Positions 30,566 to 39,270 of a stretch of 39,270 bases of DNA are shown piece after piece. Both the position numbers and the translations under genes were made by a program. The notes under the pieces were generated by a model that did no database searches, had not been told where the DNA came from, and saw nothing but the letters and a program-made list of their open reading frames with translations. This DNA is from an uncultured bacterium (GTDB lineage Bacteria > Patescibacteriota > Saccharimonadia > Saccharimonadales > Saccharimonadaceae): positions 1 through 39,270 of the forward strand of contig CBRAFJ010000001.1 of assembly GCA_967755195.1 (NCBI GenBank), read 5' to 3'. Each line of letters starts with the position of its first letter. The first letter of the stretch is position 1.

Positions 30566-31697
30566 GCCCTTAGTTTCTATCATCATTCCCGTATATAATA
30601 CGAAGAAAGAGTACCTACTCGAGTGTCTTAGGAGCGTAGAGTCACAAGATTACGATAATATCGAGGTGATTATAGTTGATGATGGAAGTCACAAAAGCAC
30701 GGCCAAGGCTATAGACGATTTTGCAGTAAACGCTACAAATAGTTCACACGGAATTCGTACTTGGAGAGTCATCCATCAAAAAAATATGGGGTTATCGGGG
30801 GCAAGAAATACTGGTTTTAAAGCAGCATCTGGTGTATATATTCAATTTCTTGATGCGGATGATTATTTTGACAAAAAGTTAATTTCGGCTGCAGTCTTAT
30901 GCTCAATAGAATCTAATGCAGAAATTGTGGTAGAAAATTTTGTTGTGTACGAAATGAACAATCGTAGTCGTATAGCTGCAATAAATTTAGACAATTTACC
31001 TGAAAAAAAATGGTTTAGATTAAGTGAGCTCACAGGACGCAAGATAGGTGACATACCATATAGTTCCTGGTCTAAGCTATTTAGAAAAGACTTTCTCGAC
31101 AATATTAAATTAGAACATGATGAGGATTTATACAGAGCAGAAGATGTATTGTTTTCGTATACCGCACTTCTACAAGCGGAAAGAATATCTTTACAGCGTG
31201 AACCGTATATCGTGTACAGGGAAAACATAGCGAACAGCAACTCGGCAACAAACGATAAGTTCCCGTTAGACTCGCTAAAATCATGGGTGAAATTACACAA
31301 TTTTTTAATTAAAAGTAATTTATACACAACCTATAAAAACGATTTCTATCTTGCAATGCTCGATAGCATTTATTGGCATCTTGAAAGGCTGCACACTGCT
31401 CAAAGTATCAAAGATCTCGGTAAAGCGACTCAGAGCTTTATTGATCAATTAGACATCACAGCACATAGTGATAAGACTACCACTATTAAGGTAGCCTCCA
31501 TTAGTCCCGACTTACTGTCGATATTTATACAGAAAAATAGTGATATACACAAACTTAACAAAAGAATACATGATCTTGAAGCAGAGCTCAGATGTACTCA
31601 CAGTGAAATAGATATTCTACGAAATCCTGGAATAAAGTATTCCGCAAAAAAGCTTGCAGGGGTGGTACGCCGCAAAATACTGCGTACGAAACTATAA
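30555..31697 (+). CDS. Family 2 glycosyltransferase with C-terminal coiled-coil/basic tail
   Basis: 380 aa. Motifs VSIIIPVYNTKKEYLLECLRSVESQDYDNIEVIIVDDGS and FLDADD. Overlaps the upstream gene by 11 nt. Confidence 0.85.
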   Translation: MKTEPLVSIIIPVYNTKKEYLLECLRSVESQDYDNIEVIIVDDGSHKSTAKAIDDFAVNATNSSHGIRTWRVIHQKNMGLSGARNTGFKAASGVYIQFLDADDYFDKKLISAAVLCSIESNAEIVVENFVVYEMNNRSRIAAINLDNLPEKKWFRLSELTGRKIGDIPYSSWSKLFRKDFLDNIKLEHDEDLYRAEDVLFSYTALLQAERISLQREPYIVYRENIANSNSATNDKFPLDSLKSWVKLHNFLIKSNLYTTYKNDFYLAMLDSIYWHLERLHTAQSIKDLGKATQSFIDQLDITAHSDKTTTIKVASISPDLLSIFIQKNSDIHKLNKRIHDLEAELRCTHSEIDILRNPGIKYSAKKLAGVVRRKILRTKL

Positions 31698-33449
31698 CTC
31701 ACTAAAAGCTGAAGCAGGCATTACCGCGTCAATATTATTTACCGTGTTGTGCTCAGTTCGGTAATACCATTGGCCTTTTAGGATTACCTTTGTAGACAGG
31801 GATATAACTTGGTCTTTAGGTAGTGTGTCATATACATTGTTTGTGAGGGGGTTGAAACGATTCACAGCCTTATTTAAGCGCATTTTGCGAGGATTTTCGA
31901 ACGGCACATAGCAGATGTCTCTTAAGTCTTTACTGTTAATGAAATTGGCTGTACCGTTATCACCGCTCGTCTGATAATACCAAACACCGTCTATAAGTGT
32001 CTTTTTGTTTATCATAAAACTATTTTCACTAGAGAGACCTACAGTTTGTTTGGTTAATGGATTGATTTTTTCTACTTCAGAAATAGTACAGAAATTTCGT
32101 GGATCTTCTAATGGGATTGGTGCAAAGTCCGTTAGAAAACGCGAATGAATACCTATATCCTGGTTGTTGTCATGATTGTAAGCAGTTCTGAAGTATATGT
32201 TTCCATCTATATTTATTTGGTCGACTACCTTTACAGACGTACCTTTAGGTAGATAGTCACCTTCTATATGAGTGCGTGATGATGGGTGCGAACGATTACC
32301 TACACCAGTAACAGTTAGCCACTTAGGTGTTATTGGTTGGTATGGAACATCTTGGATATTATCGAGAGATATTCCGTACGTAGCATTTGCGTTGTGGTCA
32401 TATTCGGACCGAAGGTACCACTTACCGTCGATGAATATTTTATCTACGAATCGAAGCTGTTGACCAGCCTCTAAGGCCGTCCCTGTGGCATCACTTGAGT
32501 ATACGTATACTTTTGTAACGCCACTGTTTTTAATTTGCATCCACCGGGGAGTAGCTAGTGGCTGGAACCCATCACCTCTAGTTGAGCCAAACCAGTCATT
32601 AAAGAATCTCCAAAAGTTCCTATTCCCATATGAGCTACAACTATCGCCAGACCCGTAAAGATTACTCAATGCAGCATTGTTGGGCCGGTATGGGGTGTAA
32701 ATATAAAGGCCAGCTGTGGCTTGGTTCTCGATATAGACAGACGAGGACCCGCAACCTGCATTGGGGTTCCATAAAATTGTATTATTGCGCCCGGCTACAT
32801 AATTGTAATCCGCAGTATTAGCCTGGTATCGCTTGTAAGCTTTTGCAGCCTGGTATACCTGATTAAAGAATCCGTAGTATTCAGCATCGCACGGTGCAGT
32901 GTCTGGGCAGCCGTAACCTGTTGCGCTGCGGTATTGTATGCTCCAGGGCCAGTCATCAGTAACGAGACTCTGCTCTTTCTGTAGTAGCACCAAAAGTACC
33001 TTTGGATTTATTCTGCATGCTTGCGCTACTTCATATATAATCTGTGCCGCAGATTTACTGCCCGAACTTATAGACCCTTTGCATAGACTGGCGTCATTGT
33101 TGGAGATTGCTTGAACAGATTGAGAATAGTCTTTAAGGCAAGTATAAGGAGCGGGATAGCCACGGGATGCACCATATTGAGCACGTGTAGTGGAACCACT
33201 GTAAATCTTAGAACCATTTGTGTCACATGTGGGTACCTTGGCGTTTAGAAATAGTTGAATATCTCCCAAAGACATAGTATTACTGTTGTAGAACACGCCA
33301 TCATCTATAATTCGCCCTGCGTCAAAGTCAAAACCATTCAGAGCATGCGCATTTTTAGGTACGAGAGCTACTATAGCCAAAGAAGCCACGACCATAGCAG
33401 CCAAAGCCATAACTTTAAACCAAAGATATGCACTCGAGATAATCCTCAT
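31692..33449 (-). CDS. Secreted protein: Cys-rich conserved N-terminal domain (unknown, possibly wall-active) plus four ~70-aa SH3b-like repeats
   Basis: 585 aa. N-terminal signal/anchor. Motif INPKVLLVLLQKEQSLVTDDWP..ATGYGCPDTAPCDAEYYGFFNQV. Four repeats start with P(R/K) and contain G(K/N/V/Q)(W/I)Y(L/F/Y)(R/Q)(S/T). Confidence 0.6.
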   Translation of the reverse strand: MRIISSAYLWFKVMALAAMVVASLAIVALVPKNAHALNGFDFDAGRIIDDGVFYNSNTMSLGDIQLFLNAKVPTCDTNGSKIYSGSTTRAQYGASRGYPAPYTCLKDYSQSVQAISNNDASLCKGSISSGSKSAAQIIYEVAQACRINPKVLLVLLQKEQSLVTDDWPWSIQYRSATGYGCPDTAPCDAEYYGFFNQVYQAAKAYKRYQANTADYNYVAGRNNTILWNPNAGCGSSSVYIENQATAGLYIYTPYRPNNAALSNLYGSGDSCSSYGNRNFWRFFNDWFGSTRGDGFQPLATPRWMQIKNSGVTKVYVYSSDATGTALEAGQQLRFVDKIFIDGKWYLRSEYDHNANATYGISLDNIQDVPYQPITPKWLTVTGVGNRSHPSSRTHIEGDYLPKGTSVKVVDQINIDGNIYFRTAYNHDNNQDIGIHSRFLTDFAPIPLEDPRNFCTISEVEKINPLTKQTVGLSSENSFMINKKTLIDGVWYYQTSGDNGTANFINSKDLRDICYVPFENPRKMRLNKAVNRFNPLTNNVYDTLPKDQVISLSTKVILKGQWYYRTEHNTVNNIDAVMPASAFSEL

Positions 33450-33453
33450 GCTA

Positions 33454-33984
33454 TTATTCTACCTTGATTATCCTTGACTCCGAAACACCCCTAACAGTAT
33501 TCGTCTTATAGGAAACCGTAACCTCCCAGTCCCCTGATGTTGGGAACTCAGATCTCTTTATAAGAGGATTTTTACATATTGTCGTAGAAACATCTCGATA
33601 TGCTGTGGTCGTTTTTTCTATTTTCGTGTTGCCTTGAGTGAATGTAATAATACAATCGCCGTCTTCATAGTGATTAGGTATGAAAGATCTCACTTCTATC
33701 ATGTCGCCATACTGTCCAGCGTCCGTGATGACTACACTGACAACTTGATTGCTAGGTTCTGGGGTGTTATTGCGTGCTCTTTCTTGCTCTAGAACCTGTT
33801 CTTTTTGTGAATCGCCAGCGCGTTGTTCCTGATCGGTTGGTGGGCTGTATTTGCCGTCGGTATTTGATGTCTGGTATTTATCCTTACTAAGCATCCACCA
33901 AGATATTGATGCTCCAGCTATAACTGCCAGGCAGAGAATAATGATTATGAATAGAGATTTCTTTGACTTACTTTTTATCTTCAT
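33454..33984 (-). CDS. Membrane-anchored hypothetical protein (small extracytoplasmic beta domain with one Cys pair)
   Basis: 176 aa. Lys-rich N-terminus plus TM helix (LFIIIILCLAVIAGASISWWM), charged linker, then a ~100-aa domain. It lies 4 nt upstream of the 585-aa gene, so co-transcription is likely. Confidence 0.6.
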   Translation of the reverse strand: MKIKSKSKKSLFIIIILCLAVIAGASISWWMLSKDKYQTSNTDGKYSPPTDQEQRAGDSQKEQVLEQERARNNTPEPSNQVVSVVITDAGQYGDMIEVRSFIPNHYEDGDCIITFTQGNTKIEKTTTAYRDVSTTICKNPLIKRSEFPTSGDWEVTVSYKTNTVRGVSESRIIKVE

Positions 33985-34085
33985 ACTATGTTCTTTACTA
34001 AAATTTAACCATAAATACTATATATAAGCAACCTCAGAGGAATACTCCCCTTAATTTAGCCGCGGCGTTATATAATTAATACGCA

Positions 34086-35051
34086 ATGACTCAAATGCCG
34101 ACAGTATCTATAATCTGCACAAACTTCAATAAAGGCGAATGGATTCGCGAAGCAGTCGAGAGTTTCCTCGCTCAACAAACTTCATTTCAATACGAAATCA
34201 TTATCGTCGACGATGCTTCAACAGACAACTCCCCAGAAATAATAAAAGAGTATGCCGAGAAGCACCCTGAGCAGATAAAGGCGGTTTTTAACGAGAAAAA
34301 CCTAGGCATTACCAAGACATGGATAAAAGCCTGCAAAAAAGCAAAAGGCAAATACATCGCTCGGTGCGATGGTGATGATTATTGGACGAATCCACATAAA
34401 CTCCAAAAACAGGTAGAAGCACTTGATGCCAATAACGATTCGGCATGGTCTAGCTGTGACTTCGATGTTATTACTCCGGATGGAACGGTGGCCGAAAAGA
34501 CAGCTTTTGAAAGAGGTATTTTTGTAAGAGCTTATTCGTATGCACATATGCTTACCACCAAAGGTTTTACTATGGCATCGACCTGGCTCGTAGAAACTAA
34601 ACTGATGCGTGAAATAAATGACGTGATCGACAAAGACGCAATAGACGATACGTTTAACATACAACTCGAACTTTTTCACAGAACCAAGTTGACCTATATA
34701 CCAGAGTCAATGGTCACATATAGGGTTGGGTATGAGTCAGACTCGCACCAGGTTGACGCGCAGAAAACTAAAACACGACTAAACAAGCTACTAAAGACGC
34801 AACTAGAATACATCAACAAGTACCCGGAGGCAGATATGGTAGAAGCTCTAAAGATATCTATGCAAGCAATCAATGTTCTAGAGTCACAGCTCATAGATGC
34901 ATCTAATGAGATGAAAAATGCTCGTAGTACTATCAATGAGCAAAATAGTCGTATAGAGGAAATAATGCAGTCAAAACGATACAGAATAGGTTCGAAGATC
35001 GCGCATGTCTACGATGTTCTGAGAAAAGTTGTTGGTGGTAATAAAAAGTGA
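34086..35051 (+). CDS. Family 2 glycosyltransferase with C-terminal coiled-coil tail
   Basis: 321 aa. Motifs VSIICTNFNKGEWIREAVESFLAQQTSFQYEIIIVDDASTD and RCDGDD. Confidence 0.85.
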   Translation: MTQMPTVSIICTNFNKGEWIREAVESFLAQQTSFQYEIIIVDDASTDNSPEIIKEYAEKHPEQIKAVFNEKNLGITKTWIKACKKAKGKYIARCDGDDYWTNPHKLQKQVEALDANNDSAWSSCDFDVITPDGTVAEKTAFERGIFVRAYSYAHMLTTKGFTMASTWLVETKLMREINDVIDKDAIDDTFNIQLELFHRTKLTYIPESMVTYRVGYESDSHQVDAQKTKTRLNKLLKTQLEYINKYPEADMVEALKISMQAINVLESQLIDASNEMKNARSTINEQNSRIEEIMQSKRYRIGSKIAHVYDVLRKVVGGNKK

Positions 35052-35072
35052 TGGCTAGAATTATTAACAAGG

Positions 35073-37319
35073 ATGAAGATTGAGATGGGTTTAGTAGATA
35101 CAGTAAAGAGAAAGTTAAGGGTAGCCGCTAGCTTATACCGCAACGGCGGTTTAAAAGCAGTGTTGGTGCGAACCAAGAACTTCGTTAAAAAACATCTTAG
35201 AAAACGTCCTGAAACTAAGGCTATGCGAGCGGGCGACGTGTTGATGGTATCTATCGATGAACCACTTTTAGACAGATACCGCACTGATCATATGGTCGAA
35301 AGCCTTCGTTCAACGGGCATGACTGTTGATAAAGTTTTTTATTATGAGCTGACACCAGAACACATAAAACACTACAACGTTTTTGTTTTCTATAGAGTGC
35401 CTTGGATTTCACCATTTGAAAAATATTTCGCTGAAATTCGACGAAAAAACAAAGTGTCTGTCTTTGCCGTTGATGACCTTGTGATAGATACCAAATATAC
35501 AGATCAGATACCTGTAGTTCAGGAGATGGAAGCAGAAGACAGGGCTCTTTATGATGAAGGCGTGCTACGCCATAAAAAGGTTATGGAGGCATGTGACTAT
35601 GCCGTGACGACTACGGAAGAACTTGCGGATGAACTAAGAGGCTACAAAAACCTCAAGGAAGTTTTTGTCGACAGGAACTCGATGAGTGAGGAAATGGCAT
35701 ATCATTCGAATAAAGCAGTGGATGAGGTTGAACGAGATACTGACAAGATAGTTGTAGGCTATTTTTCAGGTACGAGTACGCACAATGAAGACTTCCAGAT
35801 GGTATCTCCTGCGTTGATTCGCTTACTAGAAGAAGACGATCGAGTGCATGTGAAGCTTGCCGGAAGGATTGACGCTCCGGAATCACTCAAAGATTATGCA
35901 GACAGGCTGATTTTCACACCTTATGTAGACTGGCGTAAGTTGCCGTTTGAGCTTCGTCAATGTGACATAATTTTGGCCCCACTAGTTGATACGTTATTTA
36001 ACAGGGCAAAGTCAGAAATAAAGTGGTCAGAAGCTGCGCTAGCAGGCGTTCCGGTGGTTGCTAGTGATATAGGCGCATTTCACAAGTCTATTAATGACCG
36101 ACACACAGGTATTCTTGTAGAGAACACGGAAGAGGCTTGGTATGAAGGAATAAAACTTCTTATTGAGGATAACGATTTACGATCACGTGTTGCAAAAGAA
36201 TCTAGACAGCATGTATTGGCGCACTGTCTTACTACTGGCGAAAGGGCGACCAAGTTAAAGAAATACATAGACAGTATTACTCCGCCTGTTGTTGCTTTTG
36301 GCAGTGTGAGTCTCGCGGCAATATCTGGTGGCAACATGGTAGTAAAGCGACACATGGATCTTCTCGTGGAGTCAGGCTATATAGTCTATGGCGTAGAAGA
36401 CATGGACTATTTTTCGCATGATAAATGGGAAGAGCTAAACAGAAAAGATGACAAAAAATACGATATTTTTCGCGTAAATAGTCGAAGGCACGCTGAAAAG
36501 ATAGAGATGGCTATGCACTTTGACCGATACGTAGCAACTTTTTGGGCAAGCGTTGACATGGTTGATCGCTATACGTACATGAAAAAGGGTGGCAAGAAAT
36601 TGTACTTGGTGCAAAATATGGAAGCAGATTTTTACCCACTTAACGACAAGTTACGTCTTCGAGTTTTGGCCACCTACAGGAATGAAAGGCTTGAACCTGT
36701 AACAATATCTCAGTGGTGCCAGAGATGGCTCGCAGAAGATTTTGATAGGGACGCAAAATATGCGCCAAATGGCCTCGACATAGGACGATTCGACTACAAA
36801 GAACGTAACTGGACTGACAGAAAGATACGAGTTTTAGTCGAGGGAGATAGCGCGAGTGAATATAAGAGAGTAGATGAGTCGTTCGAGATAGCGAACAAAC
36901 TAGACCGTACCAAGTACGAGGTCTCTTATATGTCATACAATGCAAAACCAAAAGACTGGTATAAGGTTGATAATGTATACTTACACATTCCGTACGAAGA
37001 AGTGGGTGGTATTTACGCTAAACACGACATATTACTCAAGTCAAGCGCCTTAGAGAGCTTCTCGTATCCTCCCCTAGAAATGATGGCGACTGGCGGTGCT
37101 GCTGTATTAGTTAAAAATGATGGAAATGCTGAATATGTCGTAAACAACGAGAATGCACTGTACTACGAGGCGGGCAACATTGATGATGCTATCGCAAAAG
37201 TCGAGTTGATTGTCGCGGATAAGAAAATGTATAAAAGAATGGCAAAGGATGGTCGTGAGATGGCTGAGTCTCGAGCCTGGGATAATGTATCACGTGACGT
37301 AGTAGGATTGTATGAATAA
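35073..37319 (+). CDS. Dual-domain GT-B glycosyltransferase (two Glycos_transf_1-like halves)
   Basis: 748 aa. First half: ..VVGYFSGTSTHNEDF..AKSEIKWSEAALAGVPVVAS..TGILVEN. Second half: ..LLKSSALESFSYPPLEMMATGGAAVLV. Confidence 0.7.
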   Translation: MKIEMGLVDTVKRKLRVAASLYRNGGLKAVLVRTKNFVKKHLRKRPETKAMRAGDVLMVSIDEPLLDRYRTDHMVESLRSTGMTVDKVFYYELTPEHIKHYNVFVFYRVPWISPFEKYFAEIRRKNKVSVFAVDDLVIDTKYTDQIPVVQEMEAEDRALYDEGVLRHKKVMEACDYAVTTTEELADELRGYKNLKEVFVDRNSMSEEMAYHSNKAVDEVERDTDKIVVGYFSGTSTHNEDFQMVSPALIRLLEEDDRVHVKLAGRIDAPESLKDYADRLIFTPYVDWRKLPFELRQCDIILAPLVDTLFNRAKSEIKWSEAALAGVPVVASDIGAFHKSINDRHTGILVENTEEAWYEGIKLLIEDNDLRSRVAKESRQHVLAHCLTTGERATKLKKYIDSITPPVVAFGSVSLAAISGGNMVVKRHMDLLVESGYIVYGVEDMDYFSHDKWEELNRKDDKKYDIFRVNSRRHAEKIEMAMHFDRYVATFWASVDMVDRYTYMKKGGKKLYLVQNMEADFYPLNDKLRLRVLATYRNERLEPVTISQWCQRWLAEDFDRDAKYAPNGLDIGRFDYKERNWTDRKIRVLVEGDSASEYKRVDESFEIANKLDRTKYEVSYMSYNAKPKDWYKVDNVYLHIPYEEVGGIYAKHDILLKSSALESFSYPPLEMMATGGAAVLVKNDGNAEYVVNNENALYYEAGNIDDAIAKVELIVADKKMYKRMAKDGREMAESRAWDNVSRDVVGLYE

Positions 37320-38631
37320 AATCTCCAAAATTGATATTACGCCGGTGATTCGAAACCTACCGATCATACTATTTGTCGTTGTGGCGTTGGTCGCTGGATC
37401 TATCTTTATAAAAAATAGGGGATCTTTTTCGGGTCCAGATCTTTATGGTGCACATTATCGTGCTTCACTTGCGGCTGCAACAGGGCAGATGTTTAGCGAA
37501 CCCGTCACCAAGGGAACAAGGCAGATTAGCTATATAACCGGCAACGAAAAGTATTTTGAATCAGGTCAGAAATGTGTTCAAAATAAGTTAGTATCGAGCG
37601 CATTAATTTCGCCCTTAGGTTCTGACTATGGACGCGGTTGTATCAGAGGGCACGACAAAACACTCTCGAGTGACAAAAACGTGACAGTTCCCGTGATACT
37701 GCAATATCCAGCTATCGGATATATCCCACAAGCAACAGGCTTAGGTGTTGGCATGGCTGCGAATCTTGAGCCCATAACTGCGCAGACGCTTGCTAGGTAT
37801 CTTAATCTATTTACGTATATTGTTCTTGTGGTGGCTTCGATTGTCTTGATACCTCGAGGAAAGTGGTTAATTGCGTTGCTCGGAGTATTGCCAACCTCAC
37901 TATATCTTGCGAGTTCTTTGTCGGCAGACGCAATGAATATAGCATGGAATATGTTGTTTGTTGCCTACGTTTTGAGGCTTTATATGCAAAGAGAGAGGAT
38001 GACACGGTGGCAGGTCGCCACAGTTGCTGTGCTTGGGTTTGGACTATTTATGCTAAAGGTCGCCTATGTACCGCTACTCCTGCTGGTTTTGGCACTAGGT
38101 AAAGAAGTAATCTCCAATCGCAGCAAGTGGTTACTGTTTGCCTCCGTCTTACTGTCAGGTACGTTTGCGTACATGGTATGGTCTGCAAAATGGGGCTCAA
38201 TGAATGCATCGGTTGATGTGGCTAACAACTTTAGTGCAATTATACATAATCTCGATTCAACTATCGTCAGTGTTATCGTCAATGTGCTTTACACTCCCCT
38301 GAGACTCTTCGATATACATGAAAGCACAATATATCTATGCGCTGCAATCCTTGTAGGCGCACTTGTTTTGACGCATTTACGGACGACTAAGCAAACTCCA
38401 ATAAAAACATTAGGCGGCTTTATTCGTAGGTATCAAACCCAGTTGCTGGCGCTGCTAGCAGCTGTAGCTTCTCTAGGTTTAACGTATGCTGCCCTGCTAT
38501 TAACATGGACAGATGTTTCGGTATATGGGTTCATGAACATACAAGGTTTCCAAGGTAGGTATGTCTTACCTCTTCTGCCGTTACTACTAGTCTTTTATTT
38601 CATCCCACAAAAGAACAGTAAGAAAACATAA
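37312..38631 (+). CDS. Polytopic membrane protein, DUF2142-like (putative GT-C-type glycan-processing enzyme)
   Basis: 439 aa with at least 9 hydrophobic helices and a large first loop containing Cys. Overlaps the upstream gene by 8 nt (ATGAATAA). Confidence 0.6.
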   Translation: MNKISKIDITPVIRNLPIILFVVVALVAGSIFIKNRGSFSGPDLYGAHYRASLAAATGQMFSEPVTKGTRQISYITGNEKYFESGQKCVQNKLVSSALISPLGSDYGRGCIRGHDKTLSSDKNVTVPVILQYPAIGYIPQATGLGVGMAANLEPITAQTLARYLNLFTYIVLVVASIVLIPRGKWLIALLGVLPTSLYLASSLSADAMNIAWNMLFVAYVLRLYMQRERMTRWQVATVAVLGFGLFMLKVAYVPLLLLVLALGKEVISNRSKWLLFASVLLSGTFAYMVWSAKWGSMNASVDVANNFSAIIHNLDSTIVSVIVNVLYTPLRLFDIHESTIYLCAAILVGALVLTHLRTTKQTPIKTLGGFIRRYQTQLLALLAAVASLGLTYAALLLTWTDVSVYGFMNIQGFQGRYVLPLLPLLLVFYFIPQKNSKKT

Positions 38632-38633
38632 GA

Positions 38634-39270
38634 ATGACTATAGGCAGAATGACTAACTCAATAGTCCGTAACCTAGGGTTGTTGTTTGCGAGCCCGACTA
38701 AGGCGTTTGCTCTTCTGGCTCTAGTTGCAGGTGGTATATTCATCTTGTTGTCACCACCACTTACAGGTGCGGACGAAGAGGCTCATTTTGTGCGAGCCTA
38801 TGGAATTTCTGGTGGAGACATGGTGTTGGTCCACACAAACAAGGTAGACATGCCACAAAGCTTTAGGAAGACCATCGGTTGTTTCCAATTTAAGCAGTCA
38901 ACGACAGGTGTTATGTACCAGTATTCCTATGCTAACTACGGTAATGATAAAAAGATATCATTTGAGTGTGCCTGGAATACTCCGTTGCAGGAGAAAGAAA
39001 AGGAGCAGGTCGCCACGTCTGCATCATTCTACTCTCCTACAACTTATATACCTCAGGTACTTGCAATCTGGGTGGGTAAGGTCCTAGGCTTGCCTATTGT
39101 CGCTATGGTATACATGGTGCGATTTGCTGTACTGGCTGCATACGTTGCAATGATTATTTTTGCGGTAAAGTTACTACCTGTTCGCAAATGGGCGCTAGTG
39201 GGTATCGCACTCTTGCCTACGGCCGTAATTCAGGTGACCAATCCCGGCGGTGACTATATGCTACTTGGAC
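38634..39270 (+). CDS. Second DUF2142-like membrane protein, 3'-truncated by the window end
   Basis: Not in the ORF track because there is no stop codon. Hand translation from ATG 38634 is open to the window end: MTIGRMTNSIVRNLGLLFASPTKAFALLALVAGGIFILLSPPLTGADEEAHFVRAYGISGGD... The PxxGxDExxHFxRAY pattern is typical of DUF2142. Confidence 0.7.
   Translation, partial: MTIGRMTNSIVRNLGLLFASPTKAFALLALVAGGIFILLSPPLTGADEEAHFVRAYGISGGDMVLVHTNKVDMPQSFRKTIGCFQFKQSTTGVMYQYSYANYGNDKKISFECAWNTPLQEKEKEQVATSASFYSPTTYIPQVLAIWVGKVLGLPIVAMVYMVRFAVLAAYVAMIIFAVKLLPVRKWALVGIALLPTAVIQVTNPGGDYMLLG

Overview
Gene-dense 39.3-kb chromosomal window from a small-genome, monoderm-type bacterium. Gene content and style suggest a CPR/Patescibacteria, Saccharibacteria-like organism, but this is inference and no search could be run. 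Standard genetic code; no rRNA, CRISPR, IS element or integrase seen. Three blocks. (1) 1-3440: partial tRNA-Arg, a PH-like membrane protein, TraX-family protein, two tRNA-Ser, ComFC, Hsp20. (2) 3442-19145: the accessory centrepiece, a T4SS-like locus. It has six tandem VirB2/TrbC-like pilin paralogs (seven pilin domains) on the minus strand. Divergent from them is a tightly coupled plus-strand operon: VirB6/TrbL-like, PrgI/VirB3-like, a 276-aa unknown, VirB4 ATPase, a 1250-aa membrane-anchored EEP (nuclease/phosphatase-fold) + M23 peptidase protein, a lysozyme-like + M23 hydrolase, and a 487-aa anchored protein. No coupling protein, relaxase, VirB11, integrase or att repeats are visible, and the locus abuts the replication origin. 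(3) 19142-25247: origin core, recF-dnaN-[DnaA boxes]-dnaA-[DnaA boxes + AT-rich tract]-rpmH-rnpA-yidC-jag; rpmH is missing from the supplied ORF track. (4) 25254-39270: an ABC-transporter (Wzm/Wzt)-dependent glycopolymer locus with GT4, several GT2, a pyruvyl transferase, a dual GT-B protein and two DUF2142-like membrane proteins. It is partly AT-rich and is interrupted by an opposite-strand pair encoding a secreted protein with four SH3b-like repeats. Recurrent small-scale themes: apparent leaderless promoters (TGN + -10 box 6-9 nt from ATG), TAATG stop/start overlaps, and convergent genes with overlapping stop codons.
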